Below the pieces are notes generated by a model. It saw only the letters and a list, made by a program, of their open reading frames with translations, was not told the origin of the DNA and did no database searches. DNA of 24,000 nt from contig NZ_JBFNQD010000001.1 in the NCBI RefSeq assembly GCF_040797145.1, forward strand, positions 288,325-312,324. Reading direction: 5' to 3'. Position numbers and translations under genes: made by a program. The DNA comes from Labrys neptuniae (GTDB taxonomy: Bacteria > Pseudomonadota > Alphaproteobacteria > Rhizobiales > Labraceae). Of the stretch, positions 1 to 8,808 are shown in pieces (position 1 is the stretch's first letter; every line of letters starts with the position of its first letter).

Positions 1-117
1 GATCATCGGCAGGTGGTTGGCGAGCATATAGGGAAATTCGGCACTCCATTGCTGTGACCAGCCGATGGAGCGCGCGAGCGCATCGCCCTTGCTGCCCGCT
101 TCTCGTGGTGCCGACAT
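1..117 (-). CDS. 5' end (first 39 codons) of an unidentified protein; the gene runs off the left edge of the window
   Basis: ATG at 117-115 (minus) lies 5 nt after a GGGGAGGG Shine-Dalgarno (complement of 122-129). The frame stays open to position 1 and reads MSAPREAGSKGDALARSIGWSQQWSAEFPYMLANHLPMI with GC-biased third positions. This is a different frame from the track ORF 3..431, which crosses an AT-rich promoter region and looks spurious. Family not recognised. Confidence 0.45.
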   Translation of the reverse strand, partial: MSAPREAGSKGDALARSIGWSQQWSAEFPYMLANHLPMI

Positions 118-403
118 CGAACCCTCCCCATCCGGTCCTGGTTTGCTGGCGCGGCGAAGCTCTTCGTTCCTTCCGGCCACAGTGGTGAAACTACTCCGTC
201 CGTGCGGGGCAGAAAAGGGCCACCCGCAACAAACCAAACAAAATTATGTAATAATTTGTTCGATATTGCGAGGATGCAGGGCTTGCCTTTTGTTAAGTTG
301 CAAAAAAATGTTTGAGTGTGCTCGAATTTCTCACATTCTGATTGCGCGTAAAAAATGCAATGATAGCCTCCCGGTTGCGAGGGTGTAACGGAGGGGACCC
401 ACG

Positions 404-1678
404 ATGAACATGACGGCAAAATGCCGCTCACTCATGCTGGCAGGATTCCTGGTGTTTGCGGGAGCGGCGCAGGCCCAGGAGCGTTTCGACGGCGTCACGC
501 TCAGCCTGGCATCGCAGAACGACCAGTTCGCGGTGATCTTGGCCGCGATGGCGCCGGATTTCGAGAAGGCGACCGGCGCCAAGGTCAATGTCGAGATCCT
601 GAGCTATCCCGAACTCTTGACCAAGATCACGGCCGACTATGTCGGCCATACCAAGGGCTACGACATCGCCACCACCGATATCGTCTGGTCGGGGCAGTTC
701 GCGGAAGCCGGCTACACCGTCGACCTGACCGACTGGATCAAGCGCGATGCCGCCGAGATCAAGGTGGACGACATCTATCCCAGCCTGATGCAGGGACTGG
801 GCGGCTACAAGGGCAAGCAGGTCGCCTTTCCCTTCGCGGGCTATGCCAATGTGCTGGCTTATCGCAAGGACCTCTACGAGGCCGCCGGCCTGAAGCCGCC
901 CGCGACCATGGAAGACTACATCGCCGATGCCATCAAGCTGACCGACCCGGCCAAGAAGACCTATGGTTTCGTGGCCAATGGCCAGAAGGGGCCGGCCGTG
1001 GCGCAGGACTGGATGCAATATAATTTCCAGCTCGGCGGTTCGATCCTTGGTTCCGACGGCAAGCCGACGCTCAATTCGGCGGCGAACGTCCAGAGCGTGG
1101 TCGACTACAAAAAGCTGTTCGACAAGGCAGCTCCTCCCGGTGCGGCCGACTATGACTGGGGCGCGCGCGAGGAGAGCTTTCGCCAGGGCATGGCCGCCAA
1201 CATGCAGACCTGGTCGATCGGCGCCGCCGGCTACGACAATCCGGAAATTTCCAAGGTCGTCGGCAAGGTCGGCATCATGCTGACCCCGGCCCGCGCCGGC
1301 AAGCAACCGGAATATGGCATCGGCGGCTGGGGGCTCGGCATCAACGCCGATATCGACAAGCGCAAGCAGGAGGCGGCCTGGGCCTTCATCAAATGGATCA
1401 CCAGTCCGGCGGTGCACAAGGAGTTCAATCTGCGCGGTGCCGGCAGCTATCTGCGCAAGAGCGAGATGACGGACAAGGATCTCCTGGCGAAGTTCCCGTT
1501 CCTCCCCGTGCTGGCGACCTCCTTCGAGCATGGCAATGTCGATTTCAGGCCGCGCATTCCGCAATATCCGGAATTGCAGGACCTGATTGGCTCAGCCGTC
1601 AACGGTGTGCTGGTCGGCAATGCCGATCCCAAGGCGGCGCTGGACGAGGCGCAGGCCCAGGCTGAAAAGCTGTTCTGA
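404..1678 (+). CDS. ABC transporter periplasmic substrate-binding protein (family-1 extracellular solute-binding, carbohydrate type)
   Basis: 424-aa ORF. N-terminal signal peptide (MNMTAKCRSLMLAGFLVFAGAAQAQE). GGAGGGG Shine-Dalgarno at 390-396, 7 nt before the ATG. First gene of a binding protein - permease - permease - ATPase operon. Substrate not inferable from sequence. Confidence 0.9.
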   Translation: MNMTAKCRSLMLAGFLVFAGAAQAQERFDGVTLSLASQNDQFAVILAAMAPDFEKATGAKVNVEILSYPELLTKITADYVGHTKGYDIATTDIVWSGQFAEAGYTVDLTDWIKRDAAEIKVDDIYPSLMQGLGGYKGKQVAFPFAGYANVLAYRKDLYEAAGLKPPATMEDYIADAIKLTDPAKKTYGFVANGQKGPAVAQDWMQYNFQLGGSILGSDGKPTLNSAANVQSVVDYKKLFDKAAPPGAADYDWGAREESFRQGMAANMQTWSIGAAGYDNPEISKVVGKVGIMLTPARAGKQPEYGIGGWGLGINADIDKRKQEAAWAFIKWITSPAVHKEFNLRGAGSYLRKSEMTDKDLLAKFPFLPVLATSFEHGNVDFRPRIPQYPELQDLIGSAVNGVLVGNADPKAALDEAQAQAEKLF

Positions 1679-1692
1679 GAGAGGCGAGGCGT

Positions 1693-1780
1693 CCTGGGAT
1701 CGCAGGCGTCCTCGCCTGCATCTTCCCATCCTGCGAGCGCTGTGGCGCAAAGAGCAGGCGAGGACGTCTGCGGTCCCAGG
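1693..1780. repeat. Double-hairpin palindromic intergenic repeat, copy 1 (REP/BIME- or MITE-like)
   Basis: Clamp CCTGGGATC (1693-1701). Hairpin GCAGGCG-tcct-CGCCTGC (1702-1719). 34-nt centre. Hairpin GCAGGCG-agga-CGTCTGC (1754-1771, one G.T). Clamp GGTCCCAGG (1772-1780). The 27-nt arms 1693-1719 and 1754-1780 are inverted repeats (25/27). Confidence 0.85.
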
Positions 1781-1881
1781 AAAACCTTCTGCTGGCCCGA
1801 TGCAAGCATAGTTGCGCGGCCCTTGTGGCTGCGCGACCATGCCGGCCTATCCATTCGCCGCCGATTCCGGAGAGTTCGAAC

Positions 1882-2832
1882 TTGGAAAGTCACTCATCGC
1901 GCCTCGCCGGAAGCGCCGTCGCGGCCAAGGCGAGGCCCCGGCGCCTGTCCTATGCGCGCAAGCGCCAGCTCTTCCTGATCCTGCTGGCGGCTCCCGCCAT
2001 ACTCTATGTGCTGGCAATCGCCGTCTGGCCGATGGCTCAGGGGATTTTCTACTCCTTCGAGGAATACAGCTTGGTCCGCCCGGCGGGCCGCCATTTCGTC
2101 GGGCTCGACAATTACGTCGCCCTGTGGAGCGACAAGACCGCCCGCCAGGCGCTGATCAACACCTTCATCTTCACCATCGGCGCCGTCTCCATCGAGTTCG
2201 TCTTCGGCCTCGGCATCGCCTTGCTGCTCTGGCGCGACGACTTGTTCAATCGCATCGCCCTCGGCCTGTTGCTGATCCCTGCGACGGTGACGCCCCTGGT
2301 CGTCGGGCTGATCTTCAAGGCCATGCTCAATGCCGACTATGGCGTGCTCGGCTATTTCCTGGCCGAAGCCGGCATTTCAGGGCCACGAGGCCTGCTCGCC
2401 GATCCACTGCTCGCCTTGCCGACCCTGATCGCCGTCGATGTCTGGGAATGGACGCCGCTGATGGCGCTGATCCTGCTGGCTGGGCTGAAGTCCCTGCCGA
2501 CCGATATTCTCGAGGCGGCACAGGTCGACGGCGCCACCAGCGCGCAACGCTTCGCCCTGATCATCCTGCCGCTCCTATTGCCGGCCGCCTTCCTGGCCCT
2601 GGTGCTGAGGATGATGGATGCCTTCCGCGTCTTCGACATCATCTACGTCAGCACCAGCGGCGGGCCCGGCGATGCCACCACCACGCTGATGATCCATGGG
2701 GTCAAGCAGGGGCTGGAGTTCTTCAATATCGGCCGGGCATCGGCCGTGAGCAATCTGATCACCATCTGCATCGGCGTGATGGCGGCGCTTTTCATCTTCG
2801 TGGTCAGGCCGGCGAGGAACCGCAATGCTTAG
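1882..2832 (+). CDS. ABC transporter permease (MalF/UgpA-like, binding-protein-dependent transport inner-membrane component)
   Basis: Track ORF 1825..2832 (GTG). I prefer the in-frame TTG at 1882, which is preceded by GGAGAG 7 nt upstream and gives 316 aa. Multiple hydrophobic spans and the EAA-type loop (LEAAQVDGATSAQRFALIILPLL). Its 3' end overlaps the next permease by 8 nt. Confidence 0.88.
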   Translation: MESHSSRLAGSAVAAKARPRRLSYARKRQLFLILLAAPAILYVLAIAVWPMAQGIFYSFEEYSLVRPAGRHFVGLDNYVALWSDKTARQALINTFIFTIGAVSIEFVFGLGIALLLWRDDLFNRIALGLLLIPATVTPLVVGLIFKAMLNADYGVLGYFLAEAGISGPRGLLADPLLALPTLIAVDVWEWTPLMALILLAGLKSLPTDILEAAQVDGATSAQRFALIILPLLLPAAFLALVLRMMDAFRVFDIIYVSTSGGPGDATTTLMIHGVKQGLEFFNIGRASAVSNLITICIGVMAALFIFVVRPARNRNA

Positions 2833-3649
2833 AACCGCCGCCGACAGGGGATTGTGGGCACGGCGCGCAGCCCTGATCGTCATCCTCGTCATCGCTCTTT
2901 TTCCAATCCTGTGGCTGTTTTCGACGGCCTACAAGCCGGCGAGGGACATCTTCACCACGCCGCCGCAGCTCTTCTTCGAGCCGACCTTCGCGAATTTCGA
3001 GAATGTATTCCGGCTTTTCGACCTGTGGTCCCTGGTGAAATCGAGCCTGATCATCTCGATCGGCTCGACGCTGCTGTCGCTGCTCCTCGGCGTTCCCGCC
3101 GGTTACGCCCTTGCCCGCTCCAAGAATCCGAAGGCCGTGTGGCTCGCCTATTTCTTCCTGGCCATCCGCACCGTGCCGCCGGTGGCGACGCTGATTCCCT
3201 TCTATCTGATGATGCGCGACATCGGCCTGCTCGGCACCTGGTGGGCGGTGATCCTGCTCAACACAGCCCTGAACAGCGCCTTCGTGGTGTGGATGATGTT
3301 CTCCTATTTCCGCGCCTCGCCGGTGTCGATCGAGGAGGCCGCCCTGACCGACGGCAGCAATGACTGGAACACGTTCCTGTTCACGGCCCTGCCGTCCGTG
3401 GTGCCCGGCATCATCGCCAGCGCTATCTTCTGCATCATGTTTTCCTGGAACGACTTCCTCTATTCGATGTTCCTGACGCGGGCCGACAGCAAGCCGATCT
3501 CGGTGGCGCTGCTCTCGGCCTATGGCACCAAGGACATTTCCTGGGGCACGCTCGGCGCGCTGGCGCACTTCTCCACCCTTCCCATCGTCTTGATGATGAT
3601 CCTGCTCAATCGCTATTTCGTGCAGGGCCTGACCAAGTCGGCCCATTAA
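2825..3649 (+). CDS. ABC transporter permease (MalG/UgpE-like)
   Basis: 274-aa ORF with six hydrophobic segments and an EAA loop (IEEAALTDGSNDWNTFLFTALP). The ATG overlaps the upstream permease stop, suggesting translational coupling. Confidence 0.9.
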   Translation: MLRTAADRGLWARRAALIVILVIALFPILWLFSTAYKPARDIFTTPPQLFFEPTFANFENVFRLFDLWSLVKSSLIISIGSTLLSLLLGVPAGYALARSKNPKAVWLAYFFLAIRTVPPVATLIPFYLMMRDIGLLGTWWAVILLNTALNSAFVVWMMFSYFRASPVSIEEAALTDGSNDWNTFLFTALPSVVPGIIASAIFCIMFSWNDFLYSMFLTRADSKPISVALLSAYGTKDISWGTLGALAHFSTLPIVLMMILLNRYFVQGLTKSAH

Positions 3650-3659
3650 AGGTTCCATC

Positions 3660-4829
<1,170 letters not shown>

Positions 4830-4963
4830 AGGCATCGGGAGCCATCTTCGTACGGTGCTCGCGCTTGGCGGCTTTCCCAACCATGCCTATCTATGATTAA
4901 AGGCGTCATCGCGAGGCGCCGATGCATTGTTCGGCCTCCGGCTTCATTGACAGGACTTCTCCT

Positions 4964-5674
4964 TTGTTCACAGGCATCATTCAGGGCGTCGCCGATATCG
5001 ACGCCGTCAAGGATCATGACGGCTTGCGCACCTTCACGCTGCGCTTTCCCGAGGGCTTCAGCGAAGGTCTCGCCATCGGCGCCAGCGTCTCGGTGGACGG
5101 CGTCTGCCTGACCGTAACCGAGTTGGTCTCGGCGCAGACGGCGACCTTCGACGTCATGCTGCAGAGCCTGAAGATCACCACCCTGGCCGACTATGTCGCC
5201 GGCGATCGCGTGAATGTCGAGCGGGCCGCCAAGGATGGCGCCGAGATCGGCGGCCATCCGATTTCGGGCCATGTCGATTTCTCCACCGCCATCGACTCCG
5301 TCGGCACTTCGGAAGGCAACAAGGTCATCCGCATCGCCATCCCGCCGGATTTCGCGCGCTACGTCTTCGCCAAGGGTTATATCGCCATCAACGGCGCCAG
5401 CCTGACGGTGTCCGAGGTCGACAAGAAGGAAGGCTGGTTCGAAGTCTGGCTCATCCCTGAAACCCGGCGCATGACCGTGTTCGAGGACAAGCGGGCCGGC
5501 GACCGGCTCAATATCGAGATCGAGCGCGACACCCAGGTGGTCGTCGATACCGTGCGCGACGCCGTACAGGAGAGCCTGGGACGCCTGCAGCCGGTGCTGG
5601 AGGCCCTGCTGGCGGAAAAGGGGCTCAATCTCGAGGATTTCGTGCAGGTGCCCCGCCAGATCGGCAAGAGTTGA
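4964..5674 (+). CDS. ribE: Riboflavin synthase (alpha chain)
   Basis: Two lumazine-binding repeats: (L/M)FTGIIQGV... and ISGHVDF...; IPETRRMT; NIEIERDTQVVVDTV. The track ORF starts at ATG 4922, but the family-typical N-terminus MFTGI corresponds to the in-frame TTG at 4964, with AGGA 8 nt upstream. 236 aa, slightly longer at the C-terminus than the E. coli enzyme as I recall it. Confidence 0.88.
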   Translation: MFTGIIQGVADIDAVKDHDGLRTFTLRFPEGFSEGLAIGASVSVDGVCLTVTELVSAQTATFDVMLQSLKITTLADYVAGDRVNVERAAKDGAEIGGHPISGHVDFSTAIDSVGTSEGNKVIRIAIPPDFARYVFAKGYIAINGASLTVSEVDKKEGWFEVWLIPETRRMTVFEDKRAGDRLNIEIERDTQVVVDTVRDAVQESLGRLQPVLEALLAEKGLNLEDFVQVPRQIGKS

Positions 5675-5678
5675 CGCC

Positions 5679-5763
5679 CCTGGGACCGCCGGCTTCCAGC
5701 CGGCTCTTCCTTGCCAACCAGCGATGCGCTTCCAGGAGCCGGCTGGAAGCCGGCGGTCCCAGG
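5679..5763. repeat. Double-hairpin palindromic intergenic repeat, copy 2; probable bidirectional terminator between convergent ribE and bioZ
   Basis: Clamp CCTGGGACC (5679-5687). Hairpin GCCGGCT-tcc-AGCCGGC (5688-5704). 29-nt spacer between the 28-nt arms (5707-5735). Hairpin GCCGGCT-gga-AGCCGGC (5738-5754). Clamp GGTCCCAGG (5755-5763). The 28-nt arms 5679-5706 and 5736-5763 are perfect inverted repeats. Confidence 0.88.
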
Positions 5764-5786
5764 ATGTCAGGCTTCCTCAGCAGACA

Positions 5787-6779
5787 TCACCCCATGCCCA
5801 GCACTATCGCGCCCCCCGTCATGCCGGCGCCCGCGGCGGAGAGCAGCAGCTTTTCGCCCGCCCTGAAGGGCGCTGCTTGGTTCGCAAGCGAGAGCGACAG
5901 GACAATCGTGGCCGCAGAGGAATTGCCGTAGTCCTCAATGCTGCGCACAGTCTTGGCCGCATCGAGCCCGAGTTCGGCCGAGACCGCATCGAAGATGCGT
6001 GCATTGGCCTGATGGGGCACGAAACGGTCTATGTCTGCGGCTGTCAACCCAGCCTGGGTCATGGCCTTCACGGCGCAATCGCTCATCATGCGCACGGCCT
6101 GCGAGAACACCGCTCTGCCGTCGCGCATGGTCATCAGGAAGTCCTGGGCAGCAATTTCCGGCGCGAAGGGGCGATTGCTGCCGCCAGCCGGAATGGAAAT
6201 CAGGTCGTATTGGCTGCCATCGGAGGCAAGGTCGACACCGAGGAGGCCGGTCTCCTCGGCGCGGGAGGGGCCGAGCAGGAGGGCGCCCGCGGCATCGGCG
6301 AACACCACGGCGCTGGCGCGCTCATGAGGATTGATGCGCCGGCTGAGGATGTTGGCGGCTACCACCAGCACGGCCTTTTCCCGGGTGCGCACGAAGCCGT
6401 CCGCCAAAGTGAGGGCGTAGAGGAAGCCCGAGCAGGCGCCGGCGAGGTCGACGGCTCCCGCTTTCGGCAACCCTAGCCGGTGTGCCAGCAGAGGCGCCGA
6501 GGGCGGCAGCAGATGATCGGGCGTCGAGGTTGCGAGCAGGACCAGCCCCACCTGGTCCGGCGCGATGCCGGCATCCGCCAGGGCTGCGGCTCCCGCTTCG
6601 GCCGCAAGCGCGCTCAGCGTGTCCCCGGGGCCGGCCCAGTGGCGATGGCGGATACCGGTCCGCCGCTCGATCCAGCCGTCTTCGAGACCCAGTCTCGCCT
6701 CGATCTCGGCATTGCCGACCCGGCGTTCCGGCACGCAATGGCCGAAGCCGAGCACGCGGCTCGAATGGCAGCGGGTCAT
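5787..6779 (-). CDS. bioZ: FabH-like 3-oxoacyl-ACP synthase III encoded as the last gene of the biotin operon: probable BioZ (pimeloyl-ACP precursor synthesis)
   Basis: 330 aa. KAS III catalytic triad context: active-site Cys in [11 protein letters not shown], His in VPHQAN, Asn in YGNSSAATI. Its ATG overlaps the bioA stop (ATGA at 6776-6779). The bioBFDAZ gene order is known from Agrobacterium, Mesorhizobium and Brucella. Confidence 0.78.
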   Translation of the reverse strand: MTRCHSSRVLGFGHCVPERRVGNAEIEARLGLEDGWIERRTGIRHRHWAGPGDTLSALAAEAGAAALADAGIAPDQVGLVLLATSTPDHLLPPSAPLLAHRLGLPKAGAVDLAGACSGFLYALTLADGFVRTREKAVLVVAANILSRRINPHERASAVVFADAAGALLLGPSRAEETGLLGVDLASDGSQYDLISIPAGGSNRPFAPEIAAQDFLMTMRDGRAVFSQAVRMMSDCAVKAMTQAGLTAADIDRFVPHQANARIFDAVSAELGLDAAKTVRSIEDYGNSSAATIVLSLSLANQAAPFRAGEKLLLSAAGAGMTGGAIVLGMG

Positions 6780-8053
6780 CGGCCCGCGCCGGTGACCAGG
6801 TCCACCGCCTCGTCGATGGTCGCATAGGCTCGGTCGAGATCACCAGGCGTGACGCAATAGGGCGTCATCAGATAGATCACATTGCCGAGCGGGCGGATCA
6901 GCAGGCCGCGAGCCTTGAAGAAGGCGCGCAGTCGCGGACCGGCATCGGAAAGATAGCCTCCCGAAGGCACGGCGATCTCCATCACCGCGATGGTGCCGCA
7001 TTGGCGGATATCGGCGAAGCGGGGATCGCTGCGGAAACGGTCCAGGCGACGGCTGTGTCCAGCGGCCAGCGCCGCGATACGCTCGGTGACCGGCTCCATC
7101 CGCCAGATCTCGAGATTGGCGCAAGCCGCCGCGCAGGCGATGGGATTGGCGGTATAGGAACTGGAGTGGAAGAAGGTGCGGCTGCGGTCATCCGACAGAT
7201 GCGCCTCGAAGATCTCCGCCGTGCACAGGGTTGCCGCGAGCGGCACGGCGCCGCCGGTGAGTCCCTTGGACAGGCACATTATGTCGGGCGTGATACCGGC
7301 TTGCTGACAGGCGAAGAGCGAGCCGGTGCGGCCCCAACCGGTCATCACCTCGTCGGCGATCAGGAGGACGCCATGGGCCTCGGCGATCCGCTTCACTTCG
7401 GTGAGAATCCAGGGGGCATAGATGCGCATGCCGCCAGCACCCAGTACCAGGGGCTCGATCAGCAGGGCGGCGATATCGCCGCGTCGGCAGAGGCGTTCGA
7501 AGGCATCGAGCGTGCGCTGTTCCTGCCCGGCGGCGGGAAAGGGCAGGCTGTCGACCGAGAACAGCAAGGGTCCATAGGCCGCATTGAAGACGCCACGTTC
7601 CCCGGCCGACATCGTGCCGATGGTGTCGCCGTGATAACTATGCTCCATCACCACGATGCGCGAGCGTGGCGTGCCGCGATTGTGGAAGAAGCCGAGCGCC
7701 ATCTTCAGGGCGACCTCGACCGCGGTCGAGCCGCTGTCGGAATAGAAGACATGGGCGAGACCCGATGGTGCGATCTCGACCAGGCCCCTGGCGAGCGTCT
7801 CGGCCGGCTCATGGGTGTAGTCGGCGAAGATGATCTGGTCGAAGCGTTCGCTGGCATCCCGGATCGCCTGCATGATGGCGGGATGCCGGTGGCCATGGGT
7901 GATCACCCACCAGGAGGAGATCGCATCGAGCACGGCCTGCCCGTCCTCCTCATAGAGGAAGGCACCTTCCGTGCGGGCGATCCGGCGCGTCACCGGATCG
8001 AGCTGATGCTGGGTAAAGGGGTGCCAGACCGGCGACGGCAGGGATTTCAGCAT
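6776..8053 (-). CDS. bioA: Adenosylmethionine-8-amino-7-oxononanoate aminotransferase
   Basis: 425 aa, class-III aminotransferase. N-terminal VWHPFTQH motif. Probable PLP-lysine context in [12 protein letters not shown]. Overlaps the bioD stop by 7 nt. Confidence 0.93.
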   Translation of the reverse strand: MLKSLPSPVWHPFTQHQLDPVTRRIARTEGAFLYEEDGQAVLDAISSWWVITHGHRHPAIMQAIRDASERFDQIIFADYTHEPAETLARGLVEIAPSGLAHVFYSDSGSTAVEVALKMALGFFHNRGTPRSRIVVMEHSYHGDTIGTMSAGERGVFNAAYGPLLFSVDSLPFPAAGQEQRTLDAFERLCRRGDIAALLIEPLVLGAGGMRIYAPWILTEVKRIAEAHGVLLIADEVMTGWGRTGSLFACQQAGITPDIMCLSKGLTGGAVPLAATLCTAEIFEAHLSDDRSRTFFHSSSYTANPIACAAACANLEIWRMEPVTERIAALAAGHSRRLDRFRSDPRFADIRQCGTIAVMEIAVPSGGYLSDAGPRLRAFFKARGLLIRPLGNVIYLMTPYCVTPGDLDRAYATIDEAVDLVTGAGR

Positions 8054-8703
8054 GAGGCAAGCCCTTGCTTGATAATGGATAGGTCGATCCAGTTCCGGAA
8101 GCCGGCATGCAAATCGTCGGCGATCAGGGGATCGAGCTTTGGCAGCCGGCCGAGGCTCCTGACATCGCCGAGTTCGGTGATGACACCCTGGGTGTCCGCC
8201 TGCTCGTCGCCGATGAAGACGACGCCGAGGATGGGAATGCCCCGGCGGCGCATAGCTTCGAGCGAGAGCAGCGTGTGGTTGATGGTGCCCAGGCCCGTGC
8301 GGGCACAGAGGATCGCCGGATGGCGCCAGCGCGCTAACACGTCGGCGAACACGGTCCGGCGCGTCAGGGGAACCAGCAGTCCGCCAGCCCCCTCGATGAC
8401 GAGAGGTCCGGAGACCAGCGGCGGCTCCAGCGTGTCGGGATCGAGTTCCACCCCGTCGATGGCTGCCGAAAAATGCGGCGAGGCCGGCGTGGCGAGGCGG
8501 TAGGCTTCGGGCAGGATGCGGTCCTGCGGCAACCTGCCCAGGCGTCGTACCGTCTCGCTGTCGGTTTCCTCGTCGAGGCCCGATTGCACCGGTTTCCAGT
8601 AGCTCGCCTCGAGGGCATGGGCGAGGGCCGCCGAGAACACCGTCTTGCCGATGCCGGTATCCGTGCCGGTGACCACGATACGTGGATGGGCCTCCCTAAT
8701 CAT
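8047..8703 (-). CDS. bioD: Dethiobiotin synthetase
   Basis: P-loop [14 protein letters not shown] close to the N-terminus. The track ORF starts at 8754, but that extension reads through repeat copy 3. The ATG at 8703 ([13 protein letters not shown]...) gives a family-typical 218-aa protein. Confidence 0.9.
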   Translation of the reverse strand: MIREAHPRIVVTGTDTGIGKTVFSAALAHALEASYWKPVQSGLDEETDSETVRRLGRLPQDRILPEAYRLATPASPHFSAAIDGVELDPDTLEPPLVSGPLVIEGAGGLLVPLTRRTVFADVLARWRHPAILCARTGLGTINHTLLSLEAMRRRGIPILGVVFIGDEQADTQGVITELGDVRSLGRLPKLDPLIADDLHAGFRNWIDLSIIKQGLASC

Positions 8704-8712
8704 GATGCAGCC

Positions 8713-8799
8713 CCTGGGACCGCGGACGTCCCGTCCGCCTCTTCCTCTCTCCAAGGCGCTGTGTTTCCAAGAGTGGACGAGGACGTCCGCGGTCCCAGG
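8713..8799. repeat. Double-hairpin palindromic intergenic repeat, copy 3, located inside the biotin operon between bioF and bioD
   Basis: Clamp CCTGGGACC (8713-8721). Hairpin GCGGACG-tcc-CGTCCGC (8722-8738). 34-nt centre (8739-8772). Hairpin GTGGACG-agga-CGTCCGC (8773-8790, one G.T). Clamp GGTCCCAGG (8791-8799). Confidence 0.85.
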
Positions 8800-8808
8800 A
8801 CCTTCGTT

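Noticed and set aside
367-396. Possible anti-Shine-Dalgarno hairpin (CCTCC at 367-371 pairing with GGAGG at 390-394) masking the RBS of the binding-protein gene.
   Set aside because: It has only 5 bp with an 18-nt loop. That is thermodynamically marginal and unsupported by any other evidence.
3-431. 142-aa minus-strand track ORF spanning the left edge and the promoter region.
   Set aside because: It crosses the AT-rich intergenic region and overlaps the binding-protein start. Its sequence is unprotein-like (Cys/Ser/Pro-rich). The credible coding frame at the left edge is a different one (ATG 117 with a strong RBS).
4887-4896. BioR-like box CTATCTATGA upstream of ribE.
   Set aside because: It has two mismatches to the 10-bp AT-rich motif TTATMKATAA, which is easily expected by chance. 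ribE is not a known BioR regulon member. It is only worth testing if the two boxes at 11087-11169 are validated.
4830-4963. Possible FMN (RFN) riboswitch upstream of riboflavin synthase.
   Set aside because: The leader is only ~130 nt. I could not find the conserved RFN core segments or the multi-stem architecture.
5574-5590. Clamp-like CCTGGGACGCC inside the 3' end of ribE, suggesting the C-terminal extension might derive from a decayed repeat copy.
   Set aside because: There is no matching partner arm, hairpin module or GGTCCCAGG nearby in the right geometry. The similarity is limited to ~10 nt of GC-rich sequence.
6482-8503. 673-aa plus-strand ORF, the longest in the track, and similar long ORFs at 21866..23794 (-), 18719..20062 (+), 20141..21625 (+), 3678..4880 (-), 428..1564 (-), 9876..11096 (+), 8473..9636 (+) and 5724..6476 (+).
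   Set aside because: All lie antisense to genes with unambiguous family signatures (bioA/bioD, cydD, cydB, cydA, ABC ATPase, binding protein, bioB, bioF, bioZ). Their translations are low-complexity and rich in R/G/A/P/D with no recognisable motifs. This is the usual stop-codon-poor shadow frame of GC-rich DNA.
8704-8754. N-terminal extension of bioD (track start 8754), and small ORFs reading through the repeats (1742..1978, 5671..5931, 8645..9181).
   Set aside because: The extension is translated from repeat copy 3 ([15 protein letters not shown]). The conserved BioD P-loop follows directly after the ATG at 8703. The other ORFs are generated by the palindromic repeats themselves.
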